Shown here: in pieces, positions 38,701-45,495 of the stretch
How positions within the stretch are numbered: position 1 is the stretch's first letter
How the letters are laid out: every line of letters begins with the position of its first letter
Source: Armatimonadota bacterium
GTDB lineage: Bacteria > Armatimonadota > Armatimonadia > Armatimonadales > Armatimonadaceae
NCBI GenBank assembly: GCA_043754515.1
Contig: JAYUUO010000061.1
Location: forward strand, 1 to 52,186
DNA: 52,186 bases
Direction of reading: 5' to 3'
Notes under the pieces: generated by a model
Database searches by the model: none
What the model saw: only the letters and a program-made list of their open reading frames with translations
Told to the model about the DNA's origin: nothing
Position numbers and translations under genes: made by a program

Positions 38701-40369
38701 AGTAGGTACGGTCTGGGAAACGCCAGATCGGCGCGCCGGTCGTCCAGTCAACGCTGTACACGCAACCCACCGAGAGCGTGCCGAGACCGTCCGCCGACTT
38801 CGGATCGGTGACATACTCGGTGCGCGGCACTAGCGACTGCATGTGCGAGAACAGCGGGATCGGAAAGACATTACTCGACGCATCTGTGTACTCGTACCGG
38901 TTTTGGTTTGTACGCAGAGACGGCTGAACACCGGACGCATTCACGGGGTTGGTCGGGTCGGTCTGATCATCTACAAGCGACGCGGGTCCTTGAAAAAGAA
39001 TGGACGGGTTCCACGGCTCATAGGGCTGGTAAAACGCCGACGCCGTGTTTGTATAGTTGTTGTCCACCGTCGGCAGTTCCGGGTTCGCCGGGTAGTTAAT
39101 CTGGCGCGGGTTGTTGATAAACTCAAACGAATCATTCAGGAAAGCGGTTAACGCCCCCCCGGCCGCGTACGGGTTGTTCGCGGGCCGCGCGGTCCAGACT
39201 GGCTGGAACAACGGCTTCGTCGGATCGTACGGATCGCCGAGCGCGAACGTGCTATATAGCCCGTTGTAGTCAATTTTACGCCCCCCACCCGGCGAGGTTA
39301 CCGTGGTCGGTGCCTTGATTTCGCCGAAGTCGCTCGCGGGGGTGAACCGGATCTGGTTGGCGATCACGTACGCCTGCGAGGTGGGACCCTCGGTGGTGTT
39401 GTCGAGCTCGACGCGCGGGCGGGCGTTACCGCCGAGTCCCGACGCTTCGGTGGCCATCGGGAAGTAAAGCGGTTGCCGACTGCTGTCAACAAATGTCACC
39501 CAGCCGCTACCACTCTGCGATAGGTAAACGATGCGCCGGTTAGTGGTAAAGCCGCCGCCCGACTTGCGAACCTGGTAATAGATGGTGTAACGCGCGTCTT
39601 CAATACGCCCCTCGACCGGCAGAGTACCGTCCTCGGCGAACGCCTCGGGCGTCGGCAGGTAAACACTGACAGCGAACCGACGCAACAAACCCGCCGCGCC
39701 GCCGACATTCGGATACCACTTCACGGTGTTGTTCGGGTAGTTATTTGGTGCCGTGCCGGACGGAGTAATCGTATCGAGTGGGCTACCAACAAGTCGTGAC
39801 ACGGCGGGGGTTCGCTGGTAGTCGGTGCCTAAAAAGTTGATGGAGGTCCCAGCGGGCGTGTCGGTACTCGCATTCACCCAGGGCGCGGCGAAGAATTCGA
39901 CACCAGGACCCACCGGAAGTCCGTTCGCGGGTATGGAGGCGGTCCCGACGGCGACTTCCGCGCCGAACGCCAGTGGCAAGCGCGCCGGATCGTTCGAGGC
40001 GAGACGCGGGAACTGCCAGCCATCCGGCACGAGGCGACCGTTGCCTTGCGAGACAGCGGATATATTGGGAATGCGCGAGAACGGGTTCTCGAAGCCGCGC
40101 ACGTTCCCGCCGCCGACCCCCCAGAGCTTGTCGTCCTGGGCGCGGTTGCTGTTCTGCGCGTCGCCCCCGGCGCGCGGCACCGGGTTTCTCTGCGACGGTT
40201 GCTCGTTCGTAGGGGCGGGATTGGGCACCTGCGCCCACGCTGGTCCGCCCATGGCCGCCCCGAGGGCGAGCGCGGCGAGCACGGTCACGCGGGCGCGGCG
40301 ATCAGGGCGAGCCTTGATCGGGGCGGGGCGTGTGGCGATAACGTCTGGATAAATCCGGGATTGATTCAT
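29780..40369 (-). CDS. Giant secreted protein (about 3530 aa) with PQQ-like beta-propeller blades; PilY1-like adhesin candidate
   Basis: Signal peptide RRARVTVLAALALGAAMGGPAWA-Q; blades VASDNGVLYAID, IGNSNGVLYALN, VTSNDGRVYSLD, VGGSDGVFYAY; several DxNGDG motifs. ATG at 40369 preferred. Confidence 0.8.
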   Translation of the reverse strand: MNQSRIYPDVIATRPAPIKARPDRRARVTVLAALALGAAMGGPAWAQVPNPAPTNEQPSQRNPVPRAGGDAQNSNRAQDDKLWGVGGGNVRGFENPFSRIPNISAVSQGNGRLVPDGWQFPRLASNDPARLPLAFGAEVAVGTASIPANGLPVGPGVEFFAAPWVNASTDTPAGTSINFLGTDYQRTPAVSRLVGSPLDTITPSGTAPNNYPNNTVKWYPNVGGAAGLLRRFAVSVYLPTPEAFAEDGTLPVEGRIEDARYTIYYQVRKSGGGFTTNRRIVYLSQSGSGWVTFVDSSRQPLYFPMATEASGLGGNARPRVELDNTTEGPTSQAYVIANQIRFTPASDFGEIKAPTTVTSPGGGRKIDYNGLYSTFALGDPYDPTKPLFQPVWTARPANNPYAAGGALTAFLNDSFEFINNPRQINYPANPELPTVDNNYTNTASAFYQPYEPWNPSILFQGPASLVDDQTDPTNPVNASGVQPSLRTNQNRYEYTDASSNVFPIPLFSHMQSLVPRTEYVTDPKSADGLGTLSVGCVYSVDWTTGAPIWRFPDRTYLPVGFKDQYDNPVAGAGLRNPDTTDAGGNVIPTVPGIGAYDRNGDGYISDDEVYIVGQGGNNNGGIEAGITIVPRIYTRATEVGTKAPAYDDTWNPYTSPTAGINSSNVNVSPIRGVVNVPAGRYSQPDAPQNAVEASIALVASDNGVLYAIDPHGNNDNRYYAPTAAISAADPTAIGTYHAGSTNAMWTFSVLTPSKTAADTVQTYNQKLKDSIPATGAWAHSTPVIAYAKEDTDLSLNRFTDEPRLFIGNSNGVLYALNAVADPGEVIIPPSTVATPTSFPYRKKLDAVGGTPDVRWWFETEAAITTAPAVSPSIHPQYQGNNTPKAKGVYVTSNDGRVYSLDWDGPVTGPDKITSLIFSGSNAGLLNDNFRFHNANSTAPFARADGTEGTVRPRWVFPSRYRDLNGDGNNSELDGKPADSSNVYPDYPVERQTRLAPINSAPSLMDYPWLNPVTGLWEIKKYVAIAANDLNGSKSPTSGRVYLLDQVGDRRDTSVKPVKKDVADGTKVAFGQPDDMYAPTEYTFSDATPAWTYRPVYKRYNDTTGTSENVQARNRPGQQFTPVGGVADDPTNINTVGLPEKRILPTLFAGGLSGRLFALDIDPQTGLFFRWRGNVTETKPFVPLPDTYTDADNTPNNEPVSRRLDPPNATLEAVSVVGGATLTARPPFVRIVKALGAQDIVSITVSGGPQQNRNHPYATAAPVNGPTVPALPTNNAPSLLNPGVPYTAAGGTVPTTNVQPFYWDKNNVDAFMAGTPLDFTKYPLLAVPALDITGRFTNQDHDDPAATTRGTYADPDPAVVGNSLAAINPELNRAYQYPVLAVTSSDGLFSLISTELDGLDSLTQTPGTDSEYLMGWAVTTDPLRANPMRPFLLSMRGPGGPGTQVAMITDAYYGAMDPGFRNSVQKLATGFGASPADPSLNFQTYPWYEPRNVGVLGTGTFTSPFDTPRPRFEPRSLYSGNTANNVGPDGDPLTPDGWPEIKADAHTGRTGLPLDLRGLFYDKKFADNRPQAARAEGNTNDNGLIRLPGYTGIGEALPLLNRRVRSTQSQPFVTPGDAAAVANTALGFYTPLADGTPDTPRDTSTGATSPYRTDPFKLFPGALDPADPYIRPEADMNPAGTNAAWIFVGGSDGVFYAYTPNRFSVPLYGGGVGSGFVGGGGEGNSEDNPGEQGTPRLMLVSETTFNSIQTTPRRPVATDDLRASGKPYYEYGERVFAVVYDIARVPNNPRRDISVSFQPAANITTRSAGTTGVPNVIANARILQTFSYPYDPTTQLNRPADPSQRNANSYPRQIALLRVQVNTNYNQGGADGRRGYGRNGAVSAGWTPGTIYEAGITGYDTTGGINAFNLPGGVLINSPGVGGSEAEVLANAKPLIAIANPLAVQAFLLSSDSKAPALATIADPDGNGRVYNGIGPFASGADSGTAGAVKTRVAQPAALAGGGDVTKLDPDRAGYEYSQALTNGNRILRFDLDLINPANLKRNLNYGGQLNSGTGTNATKEPGFYMPVAASAGNIDHGSSGSTVTAGQRRTLRLVNRSLQRNLAKLRVEIRSDALFRSWPGIRPNVRPNDGALNANGVPTVASSGNVRLTPNLGAGGAYLMRPDGIINYLPWEQPMVATLPWERDSAAVGLVGSLSNNSADYPDIPALTDSAANKQTIQVITESGDLVRSSGNLKASVGIGSTRINSTVQDPSIQDWTYVGNSGNFAASSVEVRVQVPYFQPANLVSMHSLTSTYEAPSTDEAPADFTSPGGVQLPRTTATSALNRAAFDRGLRTPDPNASAARTTDLLTVTPMGYTVQMRAYLDINGDGRFDETEPYRDFETWFGVPVDISLSQKETSVDMPGPSGSAYAHGMGTQDGYLGYGTPASVGTSIGFLPSPLTDSTVAGLTDPYSRFFTPITLQSKSNVNLWNIRASQKIEQYKANPSVANAAGNGAPYQYFAMQSLDVNPYFGILAVEADPKATNAKGVMPNVVTSLDKKFDTAWDAQFQVNSAAPFYATYYKSFGGRHPLHKPAAGTPRDSVTVLGIPDVPATSLSTTVANPNSPPLQLGIAVPLGTPSGIYSNNISGTPFAFFEDHDTPSDNAGYPVYNSAVRSAARTANSITLSPAGPLYGGQDILHPGTLARNAGGAGLLQNNVLIPSSGEGVLRPRALIGGTPSAPFYEYLPSTTVTTKAGRVAFGIRATVVESALTGQIADQALTSGSFFASVVSGVLPGIDNAPMFDTTSPKTGNVVRPESSLAPAAYRTAAGNLVLYYDTNEVGSLPLLGPGGGVTGAPRSVDAHPGAPFNLFGTSLTWNAVEGTWQAASIGTPIDGTNLFNTNANTGAWFAPPTQINQINTPDESNLSPFILHDPLLIQNGLATAEATLFVMNVVPTATGDAQYSPYFASLGTDGTLGTFTSLLPRTGDGRLDATLRRLSPRAVFAPTAGTVFTIYYGGTTGKNSLLYVAAPANASNNGGIDAAALATAQAAGTVGERLLKLPGAVTSASDPMPVTRAARITQNAQGLWVYDPTAQPQLVVDVYYTGVVRGGNSADLLASRYRVDGSGANARLVPVDLPKQYTELLVGQGRTSVFRGKHVGWYNRLDAAAPRIDIVDKVSGTTTAAPAGWQLDNATKLLFQTITLNGKPVIVYVDTSAGVVTFRGANAPTVASQGVTVLATYTPLAYRVAASDAAETGGFGFMDRRVVDTTAGNNNGNVLGAIAYGVQTRYGTWDSTLGQGIDRQWLYWQRSSLGGVEAKLFYKSRRVGLDMKALNVLKEGESIKLSTTTSGTDPYGNPILVIPQTVQIAVKVNGTDVPYEVDYSSGRIYTQASLEGLIVTITGTKTTHTNPVVESPIDFSTVLTPISESGGEDGIATPVSNAVNEGQPYVFLDLYDGRASAAGRTTPGVSTDAYPEAANDPALQPGRMWMFWSSPRGRTGLARITDPTYQSYFGGAPIGQAITVSGYDLYWQTLAPNLDSKPLSFTGYTSQ

Positions 40370-40445
40370 GGGTTGAGAAAAGAAACGGATTACGTGCCCC
40401 CGGCGCAATTCGGTGCGCCGGGGGCGGAAAAGAGACAAGGACAAG

Positions 40446-43400
40446 TTACAGACGGTCGGCGCTATGCGGTTGTTCCGTCAGCGAGACCCCATTTGTGCCA
40501 CTTCCCATCTGTTGTTTGTTCAGCGTCGCCGTCTTCTGGATCAGCGGAACCGAGAAGTTCGCATACACGGCTGTCTGCGCTACCCCTCCGCCTCCGATCG
40601 TGTTGGTGACCGTCGGTGGTGCCCCCAGGCTAATGTCGAACAATGTGGTGTTCCCGTTGAATATCGGAGGCAACGAGACCTCGAACACCTCCCCGGCGAA
40701 GTGCCCCGACTCGAACAGGCTCGACGCCCCCGAAGCGCTGTTGGTGATCATGTAGTTGCCGTTCGCCAGCCGCTTGACCGAGTTCGGCAGGAAGCGCGGG
40801 AGCGCGCCCCCAATCCCTACGTTTAGACGACCGCTCGTGTTCATCTTGTCGTAGTCCACCTGCCCGAACTGCCACAGCACATCGAAGTAGGACTTCTTGG
40901 TCGCCGTGTCCACGTTAACGAGACACGCGTACACGCCGTTCGCGTCCGCGATCAGGTACACCGACTCGGGCACCCCGTCGCCGTTCAGGTCGAGCGGTAT
41001 CTGCTCGAAGTAGGTCGGCCCGCTCAACTTGCGCGAGGCGGTCGGCGCACCCGCGGCGACCGTCCGCAGTTCGTTTATCGCAAGGACCACCCCGCCGTTG
41101 TTTCCGGGTTCAGGGTCCGCCGGGGCACCAGCCGAGTTGTAAGGATTCAGATTCCCTTCGCTCTGCGCCCAGAAATACTTGATGACGCGGGAATTGGTGT
41201 TTGTATCGAGGACCACGAACCCGGTGTTGTACGGGTTATAATCCAGTTGCACCAGCGAGCCGCCCGACGAGTCCGTGGAGTCGGGGTTGTTCGACGCGGC
41301 GACCCCCGCGTTACCCACCGAGGCGACTAGGAGCGGTTTGCCGGCGATCTTCGTGACGGGATCATACCCCGCAATCAGTTGCAGATTATGGTACGCGAGG
41401 TTCTGCCCGTTCCGGCTCTTCGTGCGCGTCGTCCAGACCACGATTCCCGAGGACAGCCCCGTCGCGCCGACCGTGCGCGGCAACCCCTTCAGGTCGTAGT
41501 AGTCCACGACATCCACCACGCGCCCGTTACCCGAATCGGCGATCAGGTAATGCTCCTCGTAACCGATCCGCGTCTTCGACGCGTCGAATGACGACAGGGT
41601 GCGCGTCAACACATCGGTCGGCGTGCTCAGCCTCAGCGGGTCGCCCGGCGCGAGTACGCCATACGGGTCGTTCAGTTGCTCCGCGCTCCACCGGGTAACG
41701 CCGGCCCGGTCGAAACGCGCGACGCGGTTGTTGCCGGTGTCCGCCACCAGGTAATCGCCGATCCCCAGTCGCCGCACGCTCTGCGGCGCGCTGAACGACT
41801 TCGCTTCGAGTACCGTGCGCCCCCGGCTCGGCGTCGTCTCGTCGAACGTGCCATCTGCCTTGTAGATGGGGTTCCGACCGCCCGCGACTATCCGCCCGGT
41901 GGTACCGTCGGCGGACCAGACCGCTGCCCCATCCGCGTTCACTTCCATCACCCGCGAGTTATCCGCGACCAGCGTTAAGCCTTCCGTGAACGCGTTCGTG
42001 CCACCCAGGGTGTTGATCGCGAGCGAGCCTTCGTCGCCGCTCGGCGCGCCGATCCCCAGCCCGCCCACGAGCGGGGTCTGCCACACGTGATTCACCTTCG
42101 TCAGATCAATCGGCTTGCCCGAGCGCAGGTGTACGTTCGGGTCGCTACTCGCGGGATCCGCGTCCAGCGCGATTAAACCGTTGGTCCATGTGAAGAGTAT
42201 CTGGCTCCCGATCTTGACCGGCGAGGAGAGCGGCGTCCCCCCGTCTAGAACGTAGTACCATAGGAGCGGAGAGAAACTGCCCTGCGAAGTTCCGGTCTTC
42301 GGGTCGAACGCCTGACCGAACGGCGTCAGGACCTTCGGCACCCCTACAGTCGTAACACCGACCGCGGGCGTGTAGTTGACCACGAACGAGGACGAGGCGG
42401 AAAGGAGCCTGTCGCCTCCGTTCAGCGCGCCGAAGTCCGCGATCGTGACGTTCCCGGTGCTGTAGTCAACGTCCACCGTGGTGCGGTCGTTGACGTCGCC
42501 GTTGATCGAGATCACCTTGTCGTTCAGCGGGTCATACTGCGACACCTGCACACTGGAGTTAGCTGCCAGCGGCGTGCCAAGTTTCAGCGTGATCTGCGGC
42601 GACGTGTCGAACGCCATCAGAATGGATCGGCCAGCACTCTGCGCGAGCTGATAGGTAACGCCGTCATTCGTGGTGATCGGCGAACCCTTGATCGTGACGC
42701 CCGTTATCGCGGCGTTGTTTTTGTCCACCAGCGCGGCCCTGTCGGTGACCGACACGGTGTTAATCTCATGGGTGTAGCCATCGTGGAGCAGGTACCGCCA
42801 GCGCATACGGCTCGCGGAGAGCGAGAACTCGCGCTCCTGCATGGCGGACAGCGCGCCCGCCGTGCCTGCCGTGCCCGTCTGGTTAGCGGCGTAGAGCAAC
42901 AGGTCATTCGTCGCGAACGCCACCGTCTCCAGCCCGGTCCCGCCGGGGATCGTGAACGGTAACGCGTTGCGGTTCCCCGGTTGCGCGTTCGTCGGGTCAG
43001 TCAGATACACCGGGCCGGGGCCGGACCCCGTGCCCTGCGGCACGTATGTCAGGTCGTAGTCAGCGACCGCCAACACTTTCGTCGGCACGTTCGCGCTGGG
43101 TACCGATCCACCCGTCACCGTGACATTAATCCGCCCACTGTAGTAGGCGGGGTTAACGGTCGAGGCTTCCCAGGTAGCGGCCCAGGTCAAGCCGTATCCG
43201 TTCGAGCTGAAGAATGGGTCAGCCTTCGGGTACACGGCGCGGCCCGCCGCGAAGTTCTCCTCGCGGGTGAATAGAGTATCAATGCCACCAATGCTAACGG
43301 TGACGTCGGCATACAACACGACGCTCGGCGTGATGAAGCCGGAGCCAACGCCGCCGACCGGTATCAGGAACTGATCCAGGTTCGTGGACGCCGGCCGCAT

Positions 43401-45425
43401 CCGCATCGTGTAGTTGGTGCCGTCGAAGTTGATGTCCTTCGTGCCCTCGCCCCGCGTGCCCAGCCAGTACGGCAGTATCTTCTCGGAGGCGGGCGTGGTG
43501 GACGTATCGCGCACCGGCACGTAGAGCATCACGTCGTTCGTGGACTCATCCGTGTTCACCGCAATGGTGTTCTCGTTACCCGAACCATGCGTCTTGTTCA
43601 CCACGAGTCGGTTCAGCCCAAGCGTTGGGGTACCCACTATATCAAACGGGCCTGGCTTCTCGGTGGACTTCCACAGAGTCTTGAAGTCGGTGGCGTTGAT
43701 ACAGCGCACCAGCCCGCCCGTCGGCTCGGACACATACACCTTGTTGGCATAGAAAATAGGAGACGGCGCGACGTTCCCCCCGACCGCCGCGTAGTTCCCG
43801 CTTCCGACCGGCCCATTCGTGAAAAGCGGCACGTTGGTCGGTAGCAGACGGTTCGTGGCGAAGTCAACCGGGCGCGCGTCGAACATATTGACCGTGCCAT
43901 CCGGCATGGTAATCATGACAACGTCATGGGGCCGCGTCGCCCCGTCCGGGTCTAAAATCGGCACCGAAGCAAGTGCGGGCGAGGACGGCTCCGCGCCCCC
44001 GTATGCCGCGCCGGGCCAACGCCAGATCTCGTCGTACGGCGTGCCGTATATGAGATCCGGGCGACCGTCATCATTGTTGCCGTCGTTGTCGTAGTCGCGG
44101 TTCGGCACCGTGTCATACGCGCGGAGCGTCGCGTTGCCATTGCTGTCCACGCCCGCCACGTACATGATCCCCTGCGAGATCAGCGGCGACGAGTTGGAAC
44201 TGACGCGCGGGATCGGATCAATCGCGGCGGGCGGCACCTGCGCGAAGTTGAACGACGGGTTGAGGGGCACGCTGACGGCGGATGACGACGACGCGGTGCG
44301 GCGGTTGTTGCGGCGCACCGTGTTATTCGCGCTCCCCCACGCGATGGCGTTATAGGTGAACTTCAGGTCCTCAATGTTCGCCGCTTGCAGATTCGTACCC
44401 GCGTACGCGCCGCTGTTCCCGCCCGACCCGGCGTTAAACCCGCCCGTGTAGTCGTTCACGCCGCACCCGATGTCCGCGCACGATACGATCAGCGAGCCGG
44501 AACCGTACAAACCCGCCGAGATATAAGGCATGGCAAGTTTGGTCGTCGTGTCCTCCTGGTAGTTGTTACCGATGATCGTCTTCAGCGTCTCCTGATTCGG
44601 CGCGCGGTCCGGGACGACGTCGTTCAGATTAATAGCGTTCGGTTTAAAGGACGCGAGGTAGTAGTTGCCGTAGCTCTTGTCGCCGAGGTTCAGAATATCA
44701 GTGTAGGAGAGCGTGTAGGGCGAGGTTAGCAACGGGTGCGCGGGCTGATAGATGGCAGGCCCGCTCATGCCGTTCAATCCGGCACTGCTCCCCTGAAACT
44801 GCATCTCATCCAGGAAGAATCGTCCACTCGGCTCGATACGCATACCGCCGCAGTCGTCGAGCCAGACCACGCCGCCCGCGTCCACGACCTTGCGCAACTT
44901 CTCGCGGTCCTTGGGTGTGAACCGCATCGCCCGGTGGTTGGTGATAAAAAGCACGTCGAACTGGAGCAACTCGGCCTCGCTCGCCTTGGACAGCGATACC
45001 TCCCAGTAGGCAGCCATGTCCTTGGTGACCTTCTGGCCGACCGCGTAGGGGTGTCCGGGGTCGCGGCCACCGAGACCCGACCAGCGGCCAAAGATGTCGC
45101 TGGTGACGGTCGCGGGCGCGAGCGGGTTCACGAGATCCCAGCCGCCCGGCTTGATATCCGTGCGCTGATCCGCGACATAAAATACATGCGGGTCCGGGTT
45201 CTCCGGCCCCTTGATCGGCGCGTTCACAAAGTCGGTCGTGGAGTCTATGAGCAGAATCCCGACCTTATACTCACGCTTGCTGTTCGAGAACGTCACCGCC
45301 TCGGCACGCGCGGGCCGGGGCGTGATCAGAATGGCGGACCCCAACGCGAAAGGAATCACGGCGAGGGTTGCCTTGGCGATGCGCCCGAGAGAAAGTTTGT
45401 TGTTACGCGCGGTTTGCATGATCAT
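40446..45425 (-). CDS. Large secreted protein (1659 aa): DUF4159-like N-domain, PQQ-like and NHL-like propeller regions
   Basis: Signal peptide ending ARA-E; DVLFIT..DREKLRKVVDAGGVVWLDD; YLVADTGNNRV, YLIADSGNGRV, TLVADNSRV. Confidence 0.8.
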   Translation of the reverse strand: MIMQTARNNKLSLGRIAKATLAVIPFALGSAILITPRPARAEAVTFSNSKREYKVGILLIDSTTDFVNAPIKGPENPDPHVFYVADQRTDIKPGGWDLVNPLAPATVTSDIFGRWSGLGGRDPGHPYAVGQKVTKDMAAYWEVSLSKASEAELLQFDVLFITNHRAMRFTPKDREKLRKVVDAGGVVWLDDCGGMRIEPSGRFFLDEMQFQGSSAGLNGMSGPAIYQPAHPLLTSPYTLSYTDILNLGDKSYGNYYLASFKPNAINLNDVVPDRAPNQETLKTIIGNNYQEDTTTKLAMPYISAGLYGSGSLIVSCADIGCGVNDYTGGFNAGSGGNSGAYAGTNLQAANIEDLKFTYNAIAWGSANNTVRRNNRRTASSSSAVSVPLNPSFNFAQVPPAAIDPIPRVSSNSSPLISQGIMYVAGVDSNGNATLRAYDTVPNRDYDNDGNNDDGRPDLIYGTPYDEIWRWPGAAYGGAEPSSPALASVPILDPDGATRPHDVVMITMPDGTVNMFDARPVDFATNRLLPTNVPLFTNGPVGSGNYAAVGGNVAPSPIFYANKVYVSEPTGGLVRCINATDFKTLWKSTEKPGPFDIVGTPTLGLNRLVVNKTHGSGNENTIAVNTDESTNDVMLYVPVRDTSTTPASEKILPYWLGTRGEGTKDINFDGTNYTMRMRPASTNLDQFLIPVGGVGSGFITPSVVLYADVTVSIGGIDTLFTREENFAAGRAVYPKADPFFSSNGYGLTWAATWEASTVNPAYYSGRINVTVTGGSVPSANVPTKVLAVADYDLTYVPQGTGSGPGPVYLTDPTNAQPGNRNALPFTIPGGTGLETVAFATNDLLLYAANQTGTAGTAGALSAMQEREFSLSASRMRWRYLLHDGYTHEINTVSVTDRAALVDKNNAAITGVTIKGSPITTNDGVTYQLAQSAGRSILMAFDTSPQITLKLGTPLAANSSVQVSQYDPLNDKVISINGDVNDRTTVDVDYSTGNVTIADFGALNGGDRLLSASSSFVVNYTPAVGVTTVGVPKVLTPFGQAFDPKTGTSQGSFSPLLWYYVLDGGTPLSSPVKIGSQILFTWTNGLIALDADPASSDPNVHLRSGKPIDLTKVNHVWQTPLVGGLGIGAPSGDEGSLAINTLGGTNAFTEGLTLVADNSRVMEVNADGAAVWSADGTTGRIVAGGRNPIYKADGTFDETTPSRGRTVLEAKSFSAPQSVRRLGIGDYLVADTGNNRVARFDRAGVTRWSAEQLNDPYGVLAPGDPLRLSTPTDVLTRTLSSFDASKTRIGYEEHYLIADSGNGRVVDVVDYYDLKGLPRTVGATGLSSGIVVWTTRTKSRNGQNLAYHNLQLIAGYDPVTKIAGKPLLVASVGNAGVAASNNPDSTDSSGGSLVQLDYNPYNTGFVVLDTNTNSRVIKYFWAQSEGNLNPYNSAGAPADPEPGNNGGVVLAINELRTVAAGAPTASRKLSGPTYFEQIPLDLNGDGVPESVYLIADANGVYACLVNVDTATKKSYFDVLWQFGQVDYDKMNTSGRLNVGIGGALPRFLPNSVKRLANGNYMITNSASGASSLFESGHFAGEVFEVSLPPIFNGNTTLFDISLGAPPTVTNTIGGGGVAQTAVYANFSVPLIQKTATLNKQQMGSGTNGVSLTEQPHSADRL

Positions 45426-45433
45426 GTTGTTTC

Positions 45434-45476
45434 AAAAAAGCACGAAAGCCGGGGGGCGGAACCGCCACCCCCCAGG
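45434..45476 (-). terminator. Intra-operon GC hairpin with U-rich tail (possible attenuator or mRNA stabiliser)
   Basis: Minus strand GGGG(T)GGCGG-tt-CCGCCCCCC followed by GGCTTTCGTGCTTTTTT, in the 70-bp gap between genes. Confidence 0.45.
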
Positions 45477-45495
45477 TGATTAAGTCAGGTCCGAC

